DNA of 63,932 bases, filler included, from Neolecta irregularis DAH-3 (Eukaryota): the NCBI GenBank assembly GCA_001929475.1. It is 11 parts of 11 records of this genome, joined end to end, with 100 filler letters (N's around TTAATTAATTAA, not from the genome) between each part and the next. Parts side by side here need not be neighbours in the genome. Positions count along the whole stretch, not along the records: positions 1 to 20,822 come from LXFE01003523.1; 10 more parts are not named here. One strand, written 5' to 3'. Positions 1 through 14,025 of the stretch are shown piece by piece; within the stretch, counting starts at the first letter, position 1; every line of letters starts with the position of its first letter. The notes under the pieces are model-generated. The model made no database searches. It was given only the letters and a program-made list of their open reading frames with translations, and had not been told where the DNA came from. Both the position numbers and the translations under genes were made by a program.

Positions 1-3000
1 GGAACGACGCGATAGAGATGGTGAAACGTCAGAGGCTATGCTACAGAATTCTCTGACGAAATCTGTTAATGATGAAGCTACTTTCTGCATGCTGGACAAA
101 TGTACGAATGGGGATTTTCTCATCTTACACTTAGCCAAATCGGCATTCGAAAATTTGACTAATACTGTGGGAGCCAGTCAGATCTATTCTTCCCAAGAAG
201 GCCCTTCGTTGCCTCCTCTGCCTCTTTACCTTGATGAAGATTCGGGTGCATCGCCATCGAGATTAATGTCTAATTGTAAGATTCAGACTTTGGCTTGAAA
301 GCAATGCCCCAGGCGCCAGAGCAGACGCGTCATGATGCATTTGCTGTTAAAACGTCCACAGCACGAGCTCCAGGTGTGACGTTGATCGGCCCATCGCTAA
401 TCTGAGGTACCCAGATGGATCGTGCAAGATCGTTCCGGCACCGAACAGAACTCCAGTTACATCCATTCACGGCAGACTTGGCTCTCCACCGCCAACAATT
501 TAGGCAGCTAGGCATCAAGCCTGTGGCTTTCCATGGAATACCCGACAACACCCGTCCTGCTCATAAAAAAGGAAAAGACGATAGTCAGGCAGAGTTTCAG
601 GAAGATAATCATCGTGCTTCTTCCCCAGCTCGAGATATAGAAGACAGGATTCTGTTGCCCCCAGTTGGTGAGATTATGCTTCATCATTCCGCGAAAAAGA
701 GGAAACTTTCACATCCAAAAGGGTTCGACTCCCCACGACGAAATATGGTGATTAGAAATCACAGAGATATATCACAAACCAAGCAGATTATTATCGACCA
801 CAGTCCTTTTTCATATTCCTCATCATCCTTATCAGAGCCTGAATCAGACTCTGGCGGCTCAGAAGAATTACTCAAAGAGGAGAAACAAAAGTTGAAGAAG
901 AAGCTTCATGGCATTTTTCCTGGATCTTATATTTTCCAAAGTGTTGATCTTGAAGAACATCGACGTAAGGAATATAAACATCATCGTCAACTCGATGCTG
1001 CGAATCGAAAAGGTGTAGCCAAAAAGAAGAAGGGTAAAGCCAAAGACTTTAATCTTTTGAATTTTCCTGGAGACGATGAAAGTGACGTGGAAGATTCGAT
1101 GCAAATTATTGAAATCTCAGACACAGAAGAAAGTCTACGGGATCCAGATCCCATCGATCGCATGTATACCAGATCATCACCAAATGCTTCATACAAACCG
1201 AAAAAATCCGGCAAACAAATTAAACTGCCTTTCTCTTTTGTAAATTCTGCTCAAACTACTTTGAAGCGAAAATCGGGACCGTCGAATCCAAGATCTTGCG
1301 TTAGAAAAGTTCGTACGCTGCCAAGTATTGTCGATGTCTGTAATGTCCACCAAGCGTTAACAAACACGAGACCTCCAGATTTTCTTAGAATCGCCCGAAA
1401 GACAGCTCAAAAGTATCCCAATGCCGGGCAAAGAGCTCGGATTGGGAAAAGGCTTTTTTTTGAGGACGATGATGATAATCAACAAGTTCTACAAGTTATT
1501 CGAGAGTGGAAGAAGGGGAGAATATCAGGGATTAAACCAGCCAAAGCCAAGTCCAGAGCTCCCATCCAAAAGAATCATGCGAATGCTAAAGAACGAACGT
1601 CTCCTTCTATATCTAATGAGGATGTTTTGGGCATAGATGTTAGTCGACCTATGCCAAGAGCTCAATCACCCCAAAAAAAGTCGCCGCGAAAACCCTACTT
1701 CGTTCTCAGAACGCAAGCACAACCAATCAAACAACGTCCCCGATACCGTACTGCACAGCCTGAAGTTGAGACTGGAGAATACGTTCTTCGACCAGGATAC
1801 AAACGACTAGTTCGAACTAAAACAAGCCACGAAATCGAGCAGATACGTTCGTGTCTTGCTCAACAAGCACAAGGTCAGCAAGCACGAATAACAGAGCCTC
1901 ATAAATCTTCGAGACCTACAAATTCGACATCTAGGCTTCAAAGAAAACACAAATCCTCCAGAATCAACCGAGATCGATATGACGAGGTCTTTCGGGAAGA
2001 AATCAGAAAGTTACCTGAGAGCCACGAGTTTGGTGCTACAAATCGCGGTTCTTTGTCAACGTTTTCCCTTTCATCGGATAGACAAACAACTTCAAAGAGA
2101 CAGGTGCTGCTTACAGATTTCCTCGTGCCATCAAAGAGCTATACGCGATCCTTCAACGTTGTGCCTGTTTCCACAGGAACTAGATTTGATGCTAGTACGT
2201 TTATCGGGTCTGGAGGTCTCGCTGCAGTCCTATCTGGCGCGAAACAGAATTATGGATACGAAGCTAATTTTTGTGAGATATTTGGCATTGTTTTAGACAT
2301 ACAGGATGCCTCAAAGAATTTACCAGAGTATGCTTCGACTATTTTTAGCAAGATCATCGATGTTAGTCAAAGTTCTGGCGTTGGTCACGATATCTCGCCG
2401 TGTTATAATTTCTTCCGATGGCTGGTAAAATGCAACAATCATGTTATGGCGCGGTTAAATTTTGAAGAAACTGAAAATTTTATTCGTTCGATGCTTGCCA
2501 CCATTGAAACTTTGCTCGATGGTATGGTTTCTATCGTACAGGATGAGAATCTCGACTACCAAAATGGGTCTGTTAAATTATGCTTGCAAGCGTCAATGTT
2601 CGCCTCGATATGGGCGTATCAGTATGCAGATATGCTTCTCAAAATAAAGTCGGATTCACTGGGTCCACAGCATGCAATGATTCAAAATACAAAACGTCAG
2701 CTCCGGAATCTTATCAAAATTGGCTTGGAAGCAGTCGACGATGGTTTCCGAAAGCAACGAGCACATCTTGATAGAGCTATTACAACTGATTTGTATCAGA
2801 TTGAATTATGGGTCGTACTGCTTCATATCACCGATGGTTCAAACCTTAAATTCAAAAACACCACTCTTTTTTGGCCGCTGTTGAATTCGAGTTTTCTGAT
2901 TTTTCAAGAAAAAGATCGACTTATCACCTACGAACTGATTTGGTATCTCGTGATGAACATTTGTCGATTATACCAGTTCGATCAATACGGCGTTGCATTG

Positions 3001-6000
3001 GAACCTCATGGACCGGATAACTGGGCAATGCTCGAGAGACTCGTGAAGGTGGTTCTTATTTCTGCACCTCCCTTTAAAGCAGACTCTTCTTCCATTGAGG
3101 TGTCGACGTTTGCGGAATATCTCAAAACATTGATTGGCAGATGCCACAATCTAGTATATCATTGGGGTTGGGCAAATGCGAAGAATATAACAATTATGTT
3201 TTTTGAATTCTTTTCAAAGCGGAAATTCGAAAATATAGAAGTCGAAGAGCATCTTCATCCTCCGGAATTCTTGAGAAGTCTCGATAAGGAACCATCATTG
3301 GAAATTGAAACATCAGATACCGCATTTCATATTGTTCTCAAGCTAGCTGCGATGCTCTTGCGGGATACTGTGAAAGCTGGGAAGAAAGGTCCCACAAATA
3401 ATCTTGTTTCTCGGCTGAAGCCTCTTAATTCTCGGCAGTATCCCCGCCACCAACCTTTCGAAGTCATTCATTACGTATCACTCATGAACCATCATAGCAT
3501 CCTCATACTACTGTACTGGCTTACTCCTTCGTACTGTCGGCCAACTTTAGAGATGATTCGGGATACCGTCAAAGCATCTGAATCGCATGTGAAAACTCTT
3601 GAAATTAGTCTGCACGCATGGAAAAGCATTTCTCGTCTTGTTATTTCTAGGAATGAAAACGTTTTATGTCTTTCAGATTGGATGGTTACATTACTTGATG
3701 GCACGAGGACCGAGTACGTAAAGTTACATCGAGCGGCCAACTGGAAAGAACGCGATATGGAAGGAGATTTGACAAAACATGAAGAACAAGTGGAACATAA
3801 TTTAAAGCAATTTGCGGACGTGATTATGTTGGGACTGGAGGTTTTTGAGGACTTGTTGAAATCACAGGTTATTCGTGATGATCCTATGAAAGTTTTCGTT
3901 CTTCCACTACGGGGTATGATCATTTCATTTTGCTTTAGTGGCTTATACCTAGTTGCTCTTTTCAATGTTTTCACTACTGCTGTTGATTTATCTGAAGATA
4001 TCAAACTTCTTTCATTGCGCATATTAAGTTCTTTAATATCTCTGGATAATGAAAGTGGTGGAGTCCCTATCCAGCCTCTCCGAACGCCAGCTATAGAACG
4101 TTCGGGAGTAAGGGAAGAAAGTCAGGACTACGACGGGGATTTCTTTGATGATATCGATGTTGATGAAATTATGGGACTTCCTTCCAAAGCTACATTTGGG
4201 TCGCGACTAGCCCAGGTATAGTTTCTCCATGAGTTCATAATTTTGAGTTCTAGTTCATCAACGATGATGTCATTCAAGGTCTTGGTCAAATGGCAGCTAG
4301 CTGTCTCGCTAGGGATAATCGGTCTTCAGAGAAACTCATCCGTGAAACACTAACATTGTGGATTCGCTCAACTAAAGTCTTGGTCGTTCAAAAGTTTCGC
4401 GTAATTCTATCTATGTATTTTCTGCTGATAAAAGGACTTGTCTACTTTTTTCGGCCTTGGTCAAGAATCATGGGATCGACTTAGTCATACCCCGTTGAAG
4501 AAGAAGTGGAACACTTTCTTCCTCGTTGAAGTGGCTCGTCAAAATCCATCTATACTTTTGGTCCTCTGCAATTTTGCTGATTATACTTACCAATCAGGTA
4601 TGCAAGGATCAGTATCTGAGCGCCTGGTTTTCTGAAATTGTTCAACCAAAAGTCACGTCTCAGCATCATTTGACGAACTTTTTGTTGAATACATTTCCGC
4701 TGATAGACCCCATGTTCAACAATCCTCCCATAGCTCGGGAAATTGACCAACAGTTTCATGTAACTGCTCAAGACCTTTCTTCAGTAAGATCTGCAGTTAT
4801 TACTCGTATCCTCATCATCATCTCTTCGTTAACCTGCAGATATACTCTCGAATATTGGAGACGTTTTTGAGAGGGCACCAAACAACAATCAACACGACCA
4901 GTCAAAAATACAGGCCTTGAGAGACCAATACCGATCATATATTGGGGCTATGCTTCATACCATGCGAGAAAGTTTCCTGGATTCACAAGGCGCCGCTCGT
5001 GACAGATATATAAAGTTCGCCCAACCGCTAGTGGGAGCAGTCATTCGCTACTGTCCCTCGATGAAGAAGGGTGCTTTTGCCGAGGCGCTTGATTGGTTCC
5101 GTGATGCTTCCCAGTTCCCGCAGCCAGAGGAATCACTGAGTTATGCTGTCCATGACTTCCGATCGAGGGCTGGAAAACTTGATGTGAACTTTGAATCTCA
5201 GGCTCTGAGAACTTGGGTAAAGACAATTCTACTGAACGAAATTGAGCAGGGGGGAATTCCATATTCAAAATTCTTTGTTCAGGTCTTCCAGCAAGATATA
5301 CAATCAAAACGGTAAGAACAAATACGTACTTGATGATTCTAATATATAGTGATGACCAACTTACCAAACTGAGAGAATTCATTCTCCGCGATGTTTTCTT
5401 GCAATTTATCAGGTCTTCGCAAGCAAAAATGAATCACTGGGCCCTGCCTTTTGCCTCTAGAATCATTCAAACGCTTACTGCTGTGGCCCAAGTGGCATGG
5501 CACAGAGACGATACGATATCCGAAGATCTCGTCAAAATCCTCGGGGTCATAGTCGGCTTCGTACAAAGCCTTGATCTAGGCTTGCTCATTGGGCAGTGGT
5601 TCTATGCCATTGTCTACAACCTGGTTAATGCGTCTTTACGAATCTGGTCATGGACTGGACACAACGAGAGTACTCTCGAACGAGTAGATTGGTATTTCGA
5701 ATGTGTAGCGCAGTTACTTCATAAATCGGTTCCTCCACCCATCTTCAAAGTAGTCAGATCCCCTACAGGCTTTCTTGAATGGGGTGAAGCAATAATATCC
5801 AGTGGAAGAGCTGAATGGATCTGGGAAAAGCGTAGAAGGAAAATTAGATTGCCTCCGGAGGCTGTCAAGGACAACAAAGTACTAAATTACCTCTTTCAGC
5901 AACGGTTACTAATGCTCATAAGATTGTATATCTATTGCATGGGAGCATATTGGAGTTTTTGTTTCAAGCATACCACATTAATTCGGCATTTTCACATCGA

Positions 6001-6105
6001 GTTAGGGAGTTATTACCGGAAATAACATTTTTACAAAGTTTACCACAGGCGCAAATGTTGCTTGTCGAACTTGGTCAGGGAGAAGACCGAGAATATTTTG
6101 TATAA
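1..6105 (+). CDS. MMS22: Mus7/Mms22-family replication-fork repair protein, multi-exon, probably 5'-truncated at the window start
   Basis: A 1268-aa ORF (415-4221) has a low-complexity N-terminus (RSFRHRTELQLHPF) and a helical region (RCHNLVYHWGW, FHIVLKL, SRLKPLNSRQYPR, LMNHHSILILLYW) typical of fungal Mus7/Mms22. Downstream ORFs join through short GT-AG introns, with the last exon ending TAA at 6103-6105. The upstream frame is open from position 2. Confidence 0.8.
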
Positions 6106-6158
6106 TATGTAATAGAACCTCAATATCAGAAACCACTCCAAAGTACTTCTGTATAACA

Positions 6159-9100
6159 CTAAATGACAGCAATGTGATTGGAAGGATTGAAACTTCCAAT
6201 ATGCAGTGGAACTCGCCATGGTAAATTCTTCAACTTTTCAATCATGGTATTCTGCCGCGCCCTCAAGCATTCAAAGTTTTCCTGTTGTCGAAGATGCTTG
6301 TACTGCGGTAGTTTCTTTATTGATTTCCAGCCAGTACCAGGTTGAGGAGTCGACTTAAGATCAACCAATGTGCACGACGTCGTGAATTTTAATATATCCT
6401 ATGAGATTAGGCGAAATCATGACGAAGAAATCATACATCTACCAAGTGCCGACCATTTTCCAAGGTCTGTTGCCGAAGGGTTACAACTTCCTCGTCATAT
6501 TTTTTCAGTAATGGCTCTTGCAGCCATTGGAGATCTTCAGTGATACGTAAATGGTAATTATGCTCCTGCAAAAACCGGATAGCTTCTTTAAGGGTATGTA
6601 TCTCCTTCAAGAGAGCCTTGGAATCGTAAATCAAGCTTCTTCGATTAAGTGTTGAATCTTTATTATTGGTATCAAATTCGGAGGGCTTCGCTTCGCTGGC
6701 CATCTTCTTCCATTTTGCTGCCTCTTCTTCGAGATTTTGTATCTCAGAATTGAGGTTCTCGATCATCTCCTCATATTGTTTCGCTCGAGTAGCTGAATTA
6801 GCCAGATCGGCCTCAAGTTGAGTGAGTTGCTCAAATTGCTTTTTGGCGCCTCCCATTCGACTTTTAAGAAGGTCAATTTGGACCGAAGATTCTTCAAGGT
6901 ATTTATCCTGTAAAATGTCACTCTCCAAATGGCCATTGAAAAGCAAACCTTCAGTCGTAGCTGCATTATCAGCTCCTTGACTTCAGCTTGAGTTCTCGAG
7001 AGTTTCTCAGTTGTGTCGATATCTGTCACTTTGGCGTCTTTGACGTTTCTAGCCCGAAAAATCCAGGGGGCTACTTCTACTCCATCGACTTCACCGATTA
7101 GCCAAATTTTGGAGAAACCACATACATTCATGTGTTCTGTTGAGATCGTGAGCAATTGCATTCAGTTCGACCAATGATTCTGTCGTTATAACGACCCACT
7201 TGTCGAAGGCCAATAGTGGATTGCTTTGCTTATCAAGTGGTAGTTCCTTGCTACAATCCTGTATCGAACATTGTAAATCATAGAAACTGAACGATTTCCC
7301 CTCTTCGCGGGCATTCGCAAGGTATCGAACAACGGCTTTGCCGATCTATATTAGTCTGGAATATAAAATGAAATACCTCACGAGAAACAAAAGCAAGTTG
7401 GCGGCAACTACTGGCCGCGCTTTGAAATTTTTGGATTGACTCGGGTTCTAAGGCAAGCGATCGCACCTTGAGATCGTCGACGACTCGACCAAGTTTGCTC
7501 ATCAAGTCAGTTTAAGGTAAAAGGAAATATTTCATACGTTGCCTGTACTCGTGAAGTTTTAGCATGTGCTACCAGAGAAACCCAATGTTCAAGTTGCTCT
7601 TCACATTCCTCCACTTTTTCAGTACGCTTTCTAAGTTGCCGTTCACATAACTCAAGCGTGAAAGTAACGCTATCCATGTGGCCTTGCAAAATAGAGCATA
7701 ATGCCGTGTATTCTTCTGGCAAATCGATGGCCAATTGCATAACGTGATTTTCAGCCAAATGAGTCAAAATCGCCAGGGATCTTGGAAGTTATTCAAAGGA
7801 TATGTAAAAGAGCTTACCGACCCAATTCTTCGACAGCATGGGTTTCCTTGAAGTCATCTGTCTTTAGTTGATTGAGAAAACGACTTAATGTCTTTTCGAT
7901 AGGCTCAACTTCGTACTGAATCCCAGCACACGATGTAAACTCCTGTGCCGAGCAATTGCTGAAATGCACCACAAACCTCTTTGAAGTTCCTGAAATCCAT
8001 ACAAGTTTGTCGCATATGTCGGTTAAGGCAATTAAATCTTCGTCAGTTTTGCCAGGTGTTTCAGAAGAGTGTCGTTCGTGAAGGAAAGTCAACAGAAGAT
8101 TGGATTTGAATGAAATTCGCTTTAGGCGAAGGAGACCTTCAATCGACACTCGCTCATCCTCAAAGGAGCTAGGGAGGAACATCTGTGGGTATCAACCGGG
8201 TTTCGATCATACAAAAGATATGCCTGTATCATGGAAAGCTGATCCACGGCTTCAAGAGCCTCTAACTTGCGCATTTCGAGTTCAATGGCTTTAACTTGCG
8301 CCTTGTTGGAAGATTTCTGCAACTTTGAATTGAGTTCCATCATAGCTCGTGTCCGACTGCTGAGATCTTTTGTCTCTGTCTCGCTCGACTTTTGAGCCTG
8401 ACGAAGCTCTTCGATATCACTATCATTTAACAAGGCGGTCTCGATGGGAACAAAGTACCTCTGCAAAGACGCAACTAATTCTCTGAATTTTCCAATCATG
8501 TTTTCATAATCCAAGTTCATCTCCTCTGACTGTCGTATTCGTTTGGCTTGCTCCCGAATCAGTATATCCCGATGATCAAGTTCTTCAATCAATTGCTTCT
8601 CTGCTTCAACGTGATTAATATCTAGCTCATCGTTCACTTCTCGGAGGGCTTCAAGATCTTCGATATTAAGCTTCATCTCTTCAATCTTTTCGCTCATGGA
8701 CATGTTCTTTTCAGTGAGTTCTTCCAACATCTCCTCGGCACCGAGAGCAGCATCCAGTTGTACTCGAAGTTCATCGACTGTTCCCTCTAGCCGCTCAATC
8801 TTCTCACTTGCGCTAGAATAGCGGTCTATTTGTCAGCATAATATTGGTCTGATACTTGCCTCTAAACCCCTGAAGCTCAGAAACTTCCATTTCAAATTCT
8901 TTCAGATCTTCTTTGAGTTTATTCTCGTTAGCAGACGTAACGTCACGCAAACTATCTTGTCAATCAACTCAAGATGTTCAACGTACCGCATCAAAGCTTC
9001 CCGTAATCTCTCATTCTGCTTTTCCAACTGTAGCCACCCGGCTGAAGTTCTCTCTTCCGGAGGAACGTCTCTATTCATTTCACCATTCTCAGCTTTCAAG

Positions 9101-10342
9101 ATATCGTTTTCAATAGAAAGCTCCTCCATCCTCTCCTTTAAAGCAGCAAGTTCCATTTGAAGAACTTCCGAACGCTCCTCGGCCATTTCTCGATCCAATG
9201 TAGCCATTTCGACAACTTCGGTGTTTTCAGTGATTTTGGACTCGAGAACAGCCTTCATTTCTTCGGCAGAGTCAAGAGATTTACGAAGATCTTTTATTTC
9301 TGATTGCATTGATGCCATTTTAGCTAGTTATTAGATTCAAGTGAGATATCGCTGGTATTTACTTTGCAGTTTTGATCGGATACTTTCCCAGCTTTCACGA
9401 TCTGTCGCAGCCTGCTCTAGCTCTTTGATTTTCTTCCGGTCGTCCGCACGCTTCTGTTCAAAAATCCGGAGCTTGGCAGCAAGTTCTTCAACTTCCTTGG
9501 ACGTCTATATCTATCAGACTTGTCAAATTTGTGCCAAGTACGCTCGAAGGGTTGCGGTTCGCCACTGGACTGGTACTCCTGGTAATTGCAAGAGAGCTAG
9601 CCCTTTTGTTTTGGCCTACATTTTCAAAGGTTATCTCCTTTACTAACTCGTGGGATGCAACATCAACAGACGAAACGGATACATGCTCGACTTTAGGCCC
9701 ACTGATCGATAGAAGACCACGTAGACTTGATTGTGATCGACCAATGGATGACTGCGAGGATGCTGATCGTGTCTGTCCGGATTGGTTCAAGACAGCAGAA
9801 GTGTTGACTGACGCTGGAAGAGAAGCCCTCTGAACCTGACGAATTGGTGATGAAGTTTGATATTGAGATGTCTGCAGAATCGACTTTCTCGGAGACGGAC
9901 TGCGTAATCCGGAAGGCGTAGGACTTCGCAACTGACTGGTGCTCGTGTTCAATCTAGGCACAGGCATTGATCGAGGAACTGCCTGGTTTATTTAGAACCA
10001 TGATCACATTGAAACACCTACTTGTGGAGGTTTCATTTGACCCTCTGGCTGCAATGGCTGCTCGAGATTTAAGTCTGCAGCTTGAACTCCCTGGTCGATG
10101 ATTTTCGGAAGAGTGGGTCTCACAAAAATCCCATGGTTATGACGACATTCAAAATATTTCTTGTCTCCGACAAAGCCATTATTCTTTCCAGATGGAGTGT
10201 CGAGTTCGATTCCAACCCATTTACCAGCAGAAAAATCCGTTGTTCCGATGAATCGTACCGTGCCGATTGCGCCATTGACCAATACTCTGGTTCCGATATC
10301 TAATGACAGCTGTCGTTTCGACAGTGTTGACGATCTTTCCAT
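6159..10342 (-). CDS. NIP100: Dynactin p150(Glued) subunit (Nip100/Ssm4/RO-3), about 11 exons
   Basis: N-terminal CAP-Gly domain (GTVRFIGTTDFSAGKWVGIELDTPSGKNNG...GIFVRP), S/P-rich linker, coiled coils with EMATLDREMAEER, QLEKQNERLREALMRLRD and QLDAALGAEEMLEELTEKN. The exact 3' end is uncertain. Confidence 0.93.
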
Positions 10343-10525
10343 GGCTATTTACGATAAGCAAAAGAGCAATTGGACCTTTCGACCATTGAGCACAGATGAA
10401 GGTTAGATTCAGGAGTGTCTTAAGCCGAGTCTCACGTGGATCGATCACAACCAAGGTCCCTTCGCTTTTCGGGTTACATAAACAAATGGTATGTATCTCA
10501 AAGAGACAGCGAATACGACGTGCTA

Positions 10526-11620
10526 TCACCTAAGGGACAGAAAATCTACCAACTTGTACCACTCCTTAAATTCATCGTCTGCCTCTGTCAAAGTTTCATT
10601 TACAAACTTGAGCGCATCGCGAAATATATCGGCTTGTATCTTTACCAGCGATTGAGCTTCGCAACACCTGATCACATCAAGCAAGCCGGTTTGCGTGTTA
10701 CGAAACACTCTGTCAGCTCGCTTCAGTCTCGACATGCAGTTATTTACACGGCTGAACTGGACATGAAGAATGGCTCTGATTAATCTGACTGACTTAAATT
10801 CTGGATCATCGTTTCCAGTTAGAATGCCGGGGTTCTCAAAAGACGGAAGATATCGTAAATGTGATGATACTCGATAAATCAATATCGTGGCCTTTCGCAT
10901 CTCTAGTCTTATTCTGATTGCAATCTTTCTGAGTTCAAAGCCCTCCTTCGCCTCGAAAATCAATTCCATCACTATGGATTCCGCCATCCGAAACTTGTCG
11001 TTAATCGCTGCAAAATTCCCTGCGGTATCTCGTTGTTGGGAAAACACATGAGAGTCCTTCAAATACGTCCTCAACCTATACAACCCAGCTATTTCTTCTT
11101 GAATTTCTTCGAACTCATCGACTACTTCTTTCGCAGCATATAGTGCTTCGTCCACGAGCCTTCGATATGCTCTCACAGAGGGTGATTGTCCTTCAACTGC
11201 ATCGGAAAACATCTTATCGGCGAATTCTATCATATCTTGAATTTGTAATATTCTCCGCAAGATACTCTCGGTACGGTTGTCAACGTCTTCGATTATTCCA
11301 ATTGCTTCTTCGAGAGGCGTGTTGCCATACAATTCTACTAGTTCATTGATACCAGAATCAGGCTCATCACTTTCATAACTACACTCAAAGAAATTGACTG
11401 ATGTTTCTGTGTTAGATGAGAGTGGTGGAGTCAGGTCGATAAGCGAAAATTCTTTGATCATTGAATGGCATTTAAACCGCGAAACCCCCTCATGATAGCG
11501 ATAATGTCTGTCAATGGGAAGCACTTGATTCATGAACAAGTTGACAAAAATAACCCAAGCCAGTATCATAATCCTGCCAAGATTATCCACTAGTTCTGTT
11601 ATATTCAGATCCCACCACAT
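10526..11620 (-). CDS. Hypothetical intronless alpha-helical protein with an N-terminal hydrophobic segment
   Basis: Uninterrupted 364-codon ORF from ATG 11620. It has the hydrophobic stretch IMILAWVIFVNLFM and charged heptad-like helices. No recognisable family. Confidence 0.65.
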   Translation of the reverse strand: MWWDLNITELVDNLGRIMILAWVIFVNLFMNQVLPIDRHYRYHEGVSRFKCHSMIKEFSLIDLTPPLSSNTETSVNFFECSYESDEPDSGINELVELYGNTPLEEAIGIIEDVDNRTESILRRILQIQDMIEFADKMFSDAVEGQSPSVRAYRRLVDEALYAAKEVVDEFEEIQEEIAGLYRLRTYLKDSHVFSQQRDTAGNFAAINDKFRMAESIVMELIFEAKEGFELRKIAIRIRLEMRKATILIYRVSSHLRYLPSFENPGILTGNDDPEFKSVRLIRAILHVQFSRVNNCMSRLKRADRVFRNTQTGLLDVIRCCEAQSLVKIQADIFRDALKFVNETLTEADDEFKEWYKLVDFLSLR

Positions 11621-11811
11621 CACTTGTTCTAGAGGGAAGAATATCAGTACAAGAACTTGTTTGCAAAATATTCAATAATATGAATAGCATACATATTGGC
11701 CTTCAGGTTATATATCATAATACAAACCTACCTACACAATACCAGCACACAATAATGAGAATGCAATACATTTCAAAAAATCATGTAATTGGATTTGCAT
11801 GCCATGCATCC

Positions 11812-12192
11812 TCAATAACCCAACTGTATCTGACGACAGTATGCTGAACAGATGTGTTCCATATCACTTTGAGACAAACTTTGAGGAAGTGGCTGTTGTA
11901 TGTATCCTGGTGACTGCGCTTGCTGGGGTATTGCTTGATACATGGGAGTCTGGCCGTAGGAAGCCGCATATTGCGCTTGTTGATTGGGGTACTGCTCTTG
12001 CCCATAGTGGTTGTTAGGGTATTGTTCTTGTGCATGCTGTAGGTTGGAGTATTGTTGGTTGGAGTAATGGTTGGGGTACTGTTCTTGTCCAGGCTGGACC
12101 GCCGCGTAAGGGTATTGCCCCTGGCCGTAAGAATTTGGGGCATAAGTCGCTATGGCAGAAATGACCGCGGTGGATAGGAGCAGGTATTTCAT
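11812..12192 (-). CDS. Small secreted Q/Y/P-rich repeat protein (126 aa)
   Basis: Signal-peptide-like start MKYLLLSTAVISAIA, three QEQYPN repeats and a C-terminal CxxxC. Confidence 0.7.
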   Translation of the reverse strand: MKYLLLSTAVISAIATYAPNSYGQGQYPYAAVQPGQEQYPNHYSNQQYSNLQHAQEQYPNNHYGQEQYPNQQAQYAASYGQTPMYQAIPQQAQSPGYIQQPLPQSLSQSDMEHICSAYCRQIQLGY

Positions 12193-12911
12193 CCGTGGGA
12201 AGGACATATTTCCCTGACAAAAGATGTTCGAGCGACGAAGAGGCAGCTCTTGGGGTTTTACTAATTTCAAGTGTCACCGGAAAAGTTTCAAGTATAAGAT
12301 AGAGCGCCACTAGTGGATGACGTACGATAGACGGTTTGGATTGGGCGAAGTTTTTCGGCAGGCTCCGGGCCATCTCTCTGCCTTTTTCAGCGGAGAATGG
12401 CGCTGCTCCATGAAAGACTATAGCTGCAAGAAAAGAAGTATATTTCTTGCTATATATGTTGCTCGACGAGAGAAGTCAAAGCAGAGCAGTTGCATTCTCG
12501 CATGCATAAATCGATAAGCTCGTACACGTATCTCCGTTCAGGGATGCTCGCAGTAACCAAATATAGTAAAGAGGAGCGTTGCAGTGTGTAGGTTTGTTTC
12601 AAGCGTAGGCTCTGGAATCTGCTATGCGTTTAACGCGTGTCTCGGGTCAGTGATCACGCTGTTGCCTTGTGAGATATTTGATATTGATTAGCGAAGGTCC
12701 TCCTGACCTGCAAGAATGATATTTCTGTCGATATTCCGGGAATGACCCTTATTAGATGTTGTAAGCTCCATAACAGCTCCTTCATATGCAGTGCTGCAGC
12801 GGATATGAGCAAAAGAAAAATTTCCAGAAAAACTGCACAGAAAGAACGCAGAAGAGCAAGTGATAGATTCCAAAATGACTCCAGCTCTTTACAACCAACG
12901 CTTCCCACTAG

Positions 12912-14025
12912 CTAGGTAAGGTCGACTTCGCCATCGATATTGTTTTTAATTTTGAGAAGAATCGATGTCTTCCATTTATCAAGCTTGCTCAAAGAATCGT
13001 AATCGAAGAGTATATTGGAAAAGATTTCTTCGTCGCCGCTCTCAATAGCTCCTAGCAGGTCCTGTATGTAAGCATTATAAATAGCTACTTTGAACACTAC
13101 AAGCAACAAACGACATTCTCGGGTGGCCGTGAAGGTTGGATCCAGTTCTTGATATTTCTCCAGAGCGGCATGAGCTGATACGCGATCCTATGGGCGTTAA
13201 CAGAACTATATATATTGCCTATCCGTACGTTGGAAGCCAAGTGGCATAAACCAGCCTTTAGAAAATAATCCTTGGTGCTGTATTTAGTGAGGTTATTATT
13301 AACACTTTCTTTGCCGACTTTCTCAAAATTTTCAATAGCTTTTGGATAATCTTCTTGTGTGGCAGCAAGTTCGGCAACTTTAAGATAGGCTTTATTCGCA
13401 AGACTAGTGGATTGTCAGAAAACATTTAGTCAAAAATAGATAACTCACGCCTCTGCTTGGTCATTGGAAAACCAATTTCCTGCGACTTCATATGACTGCA
13501 CTGCTCGAGACAGGTCATTCAAATCATTCTCGTAAACTTCAGCTGCATTCATTTTATACTGAGCAGCACGACGGAAACCACCTCGTTGGGTAAAGATAAC
13601 GACGGCTTGTTCAAGAACTCGAATGGCATCTAAATCAGGTCAGCTAATTTACATCCTGAAGGGTTGATGGCACCTTCGGGGTCCGTTTTCCGATAACACT
13701 TGAAGGCATCGATAAGGGTATTAGCTGCATCATCTTTCTCGCCCGATTTGAGTTGCATATTCGTCGCTTTCTCTAATGCTTGTCCAGCTTCTCGGCCTGA
13801 ATTTGTGAGGGACGTCTGTCATGCTATGCATACCCAAGTTTGCCAGTCTGAATCCATTCGCGGCATCCTTGTATAACTCGGCAGCATCTTCATACTTATT
13901 TGAACCTCCGCCGAACAGAGACCATCCACCATCAGCGCTCGCAGCCTTTTTATCGGCCTTCAAATCAGTTATTCGACGCCGGACGGGTTAGATACCTTGG
14001 CTAGGAGCTCATGAGGGTTTCCCAT
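12912..14025 (-). CDS. SEC17: Alpha-SNAP (vesicle fusion protein Sec17), 6 exons
   Basis: KADKKA...GWSLFGGGSNKYEDAAELYKDAANGFRLA, RGGFRRAAQYKM and YDSLSKLDKWKTSILLKIKN; five canonical GT-AG introns traced. Confidence 0.95.

Noticed and set aside
4806..4839. U12-like intron (GTATCCTC...TTCGTTAAC..CAG)
   Set aside because: Both signals mismatch the U12 consensus, the intron is only 34 nt, donors here are generally degenerate, and ascomycetes are not known to keep the minor spliceosome. A similar GTATCCTTT near 43364 would create a stop if used.
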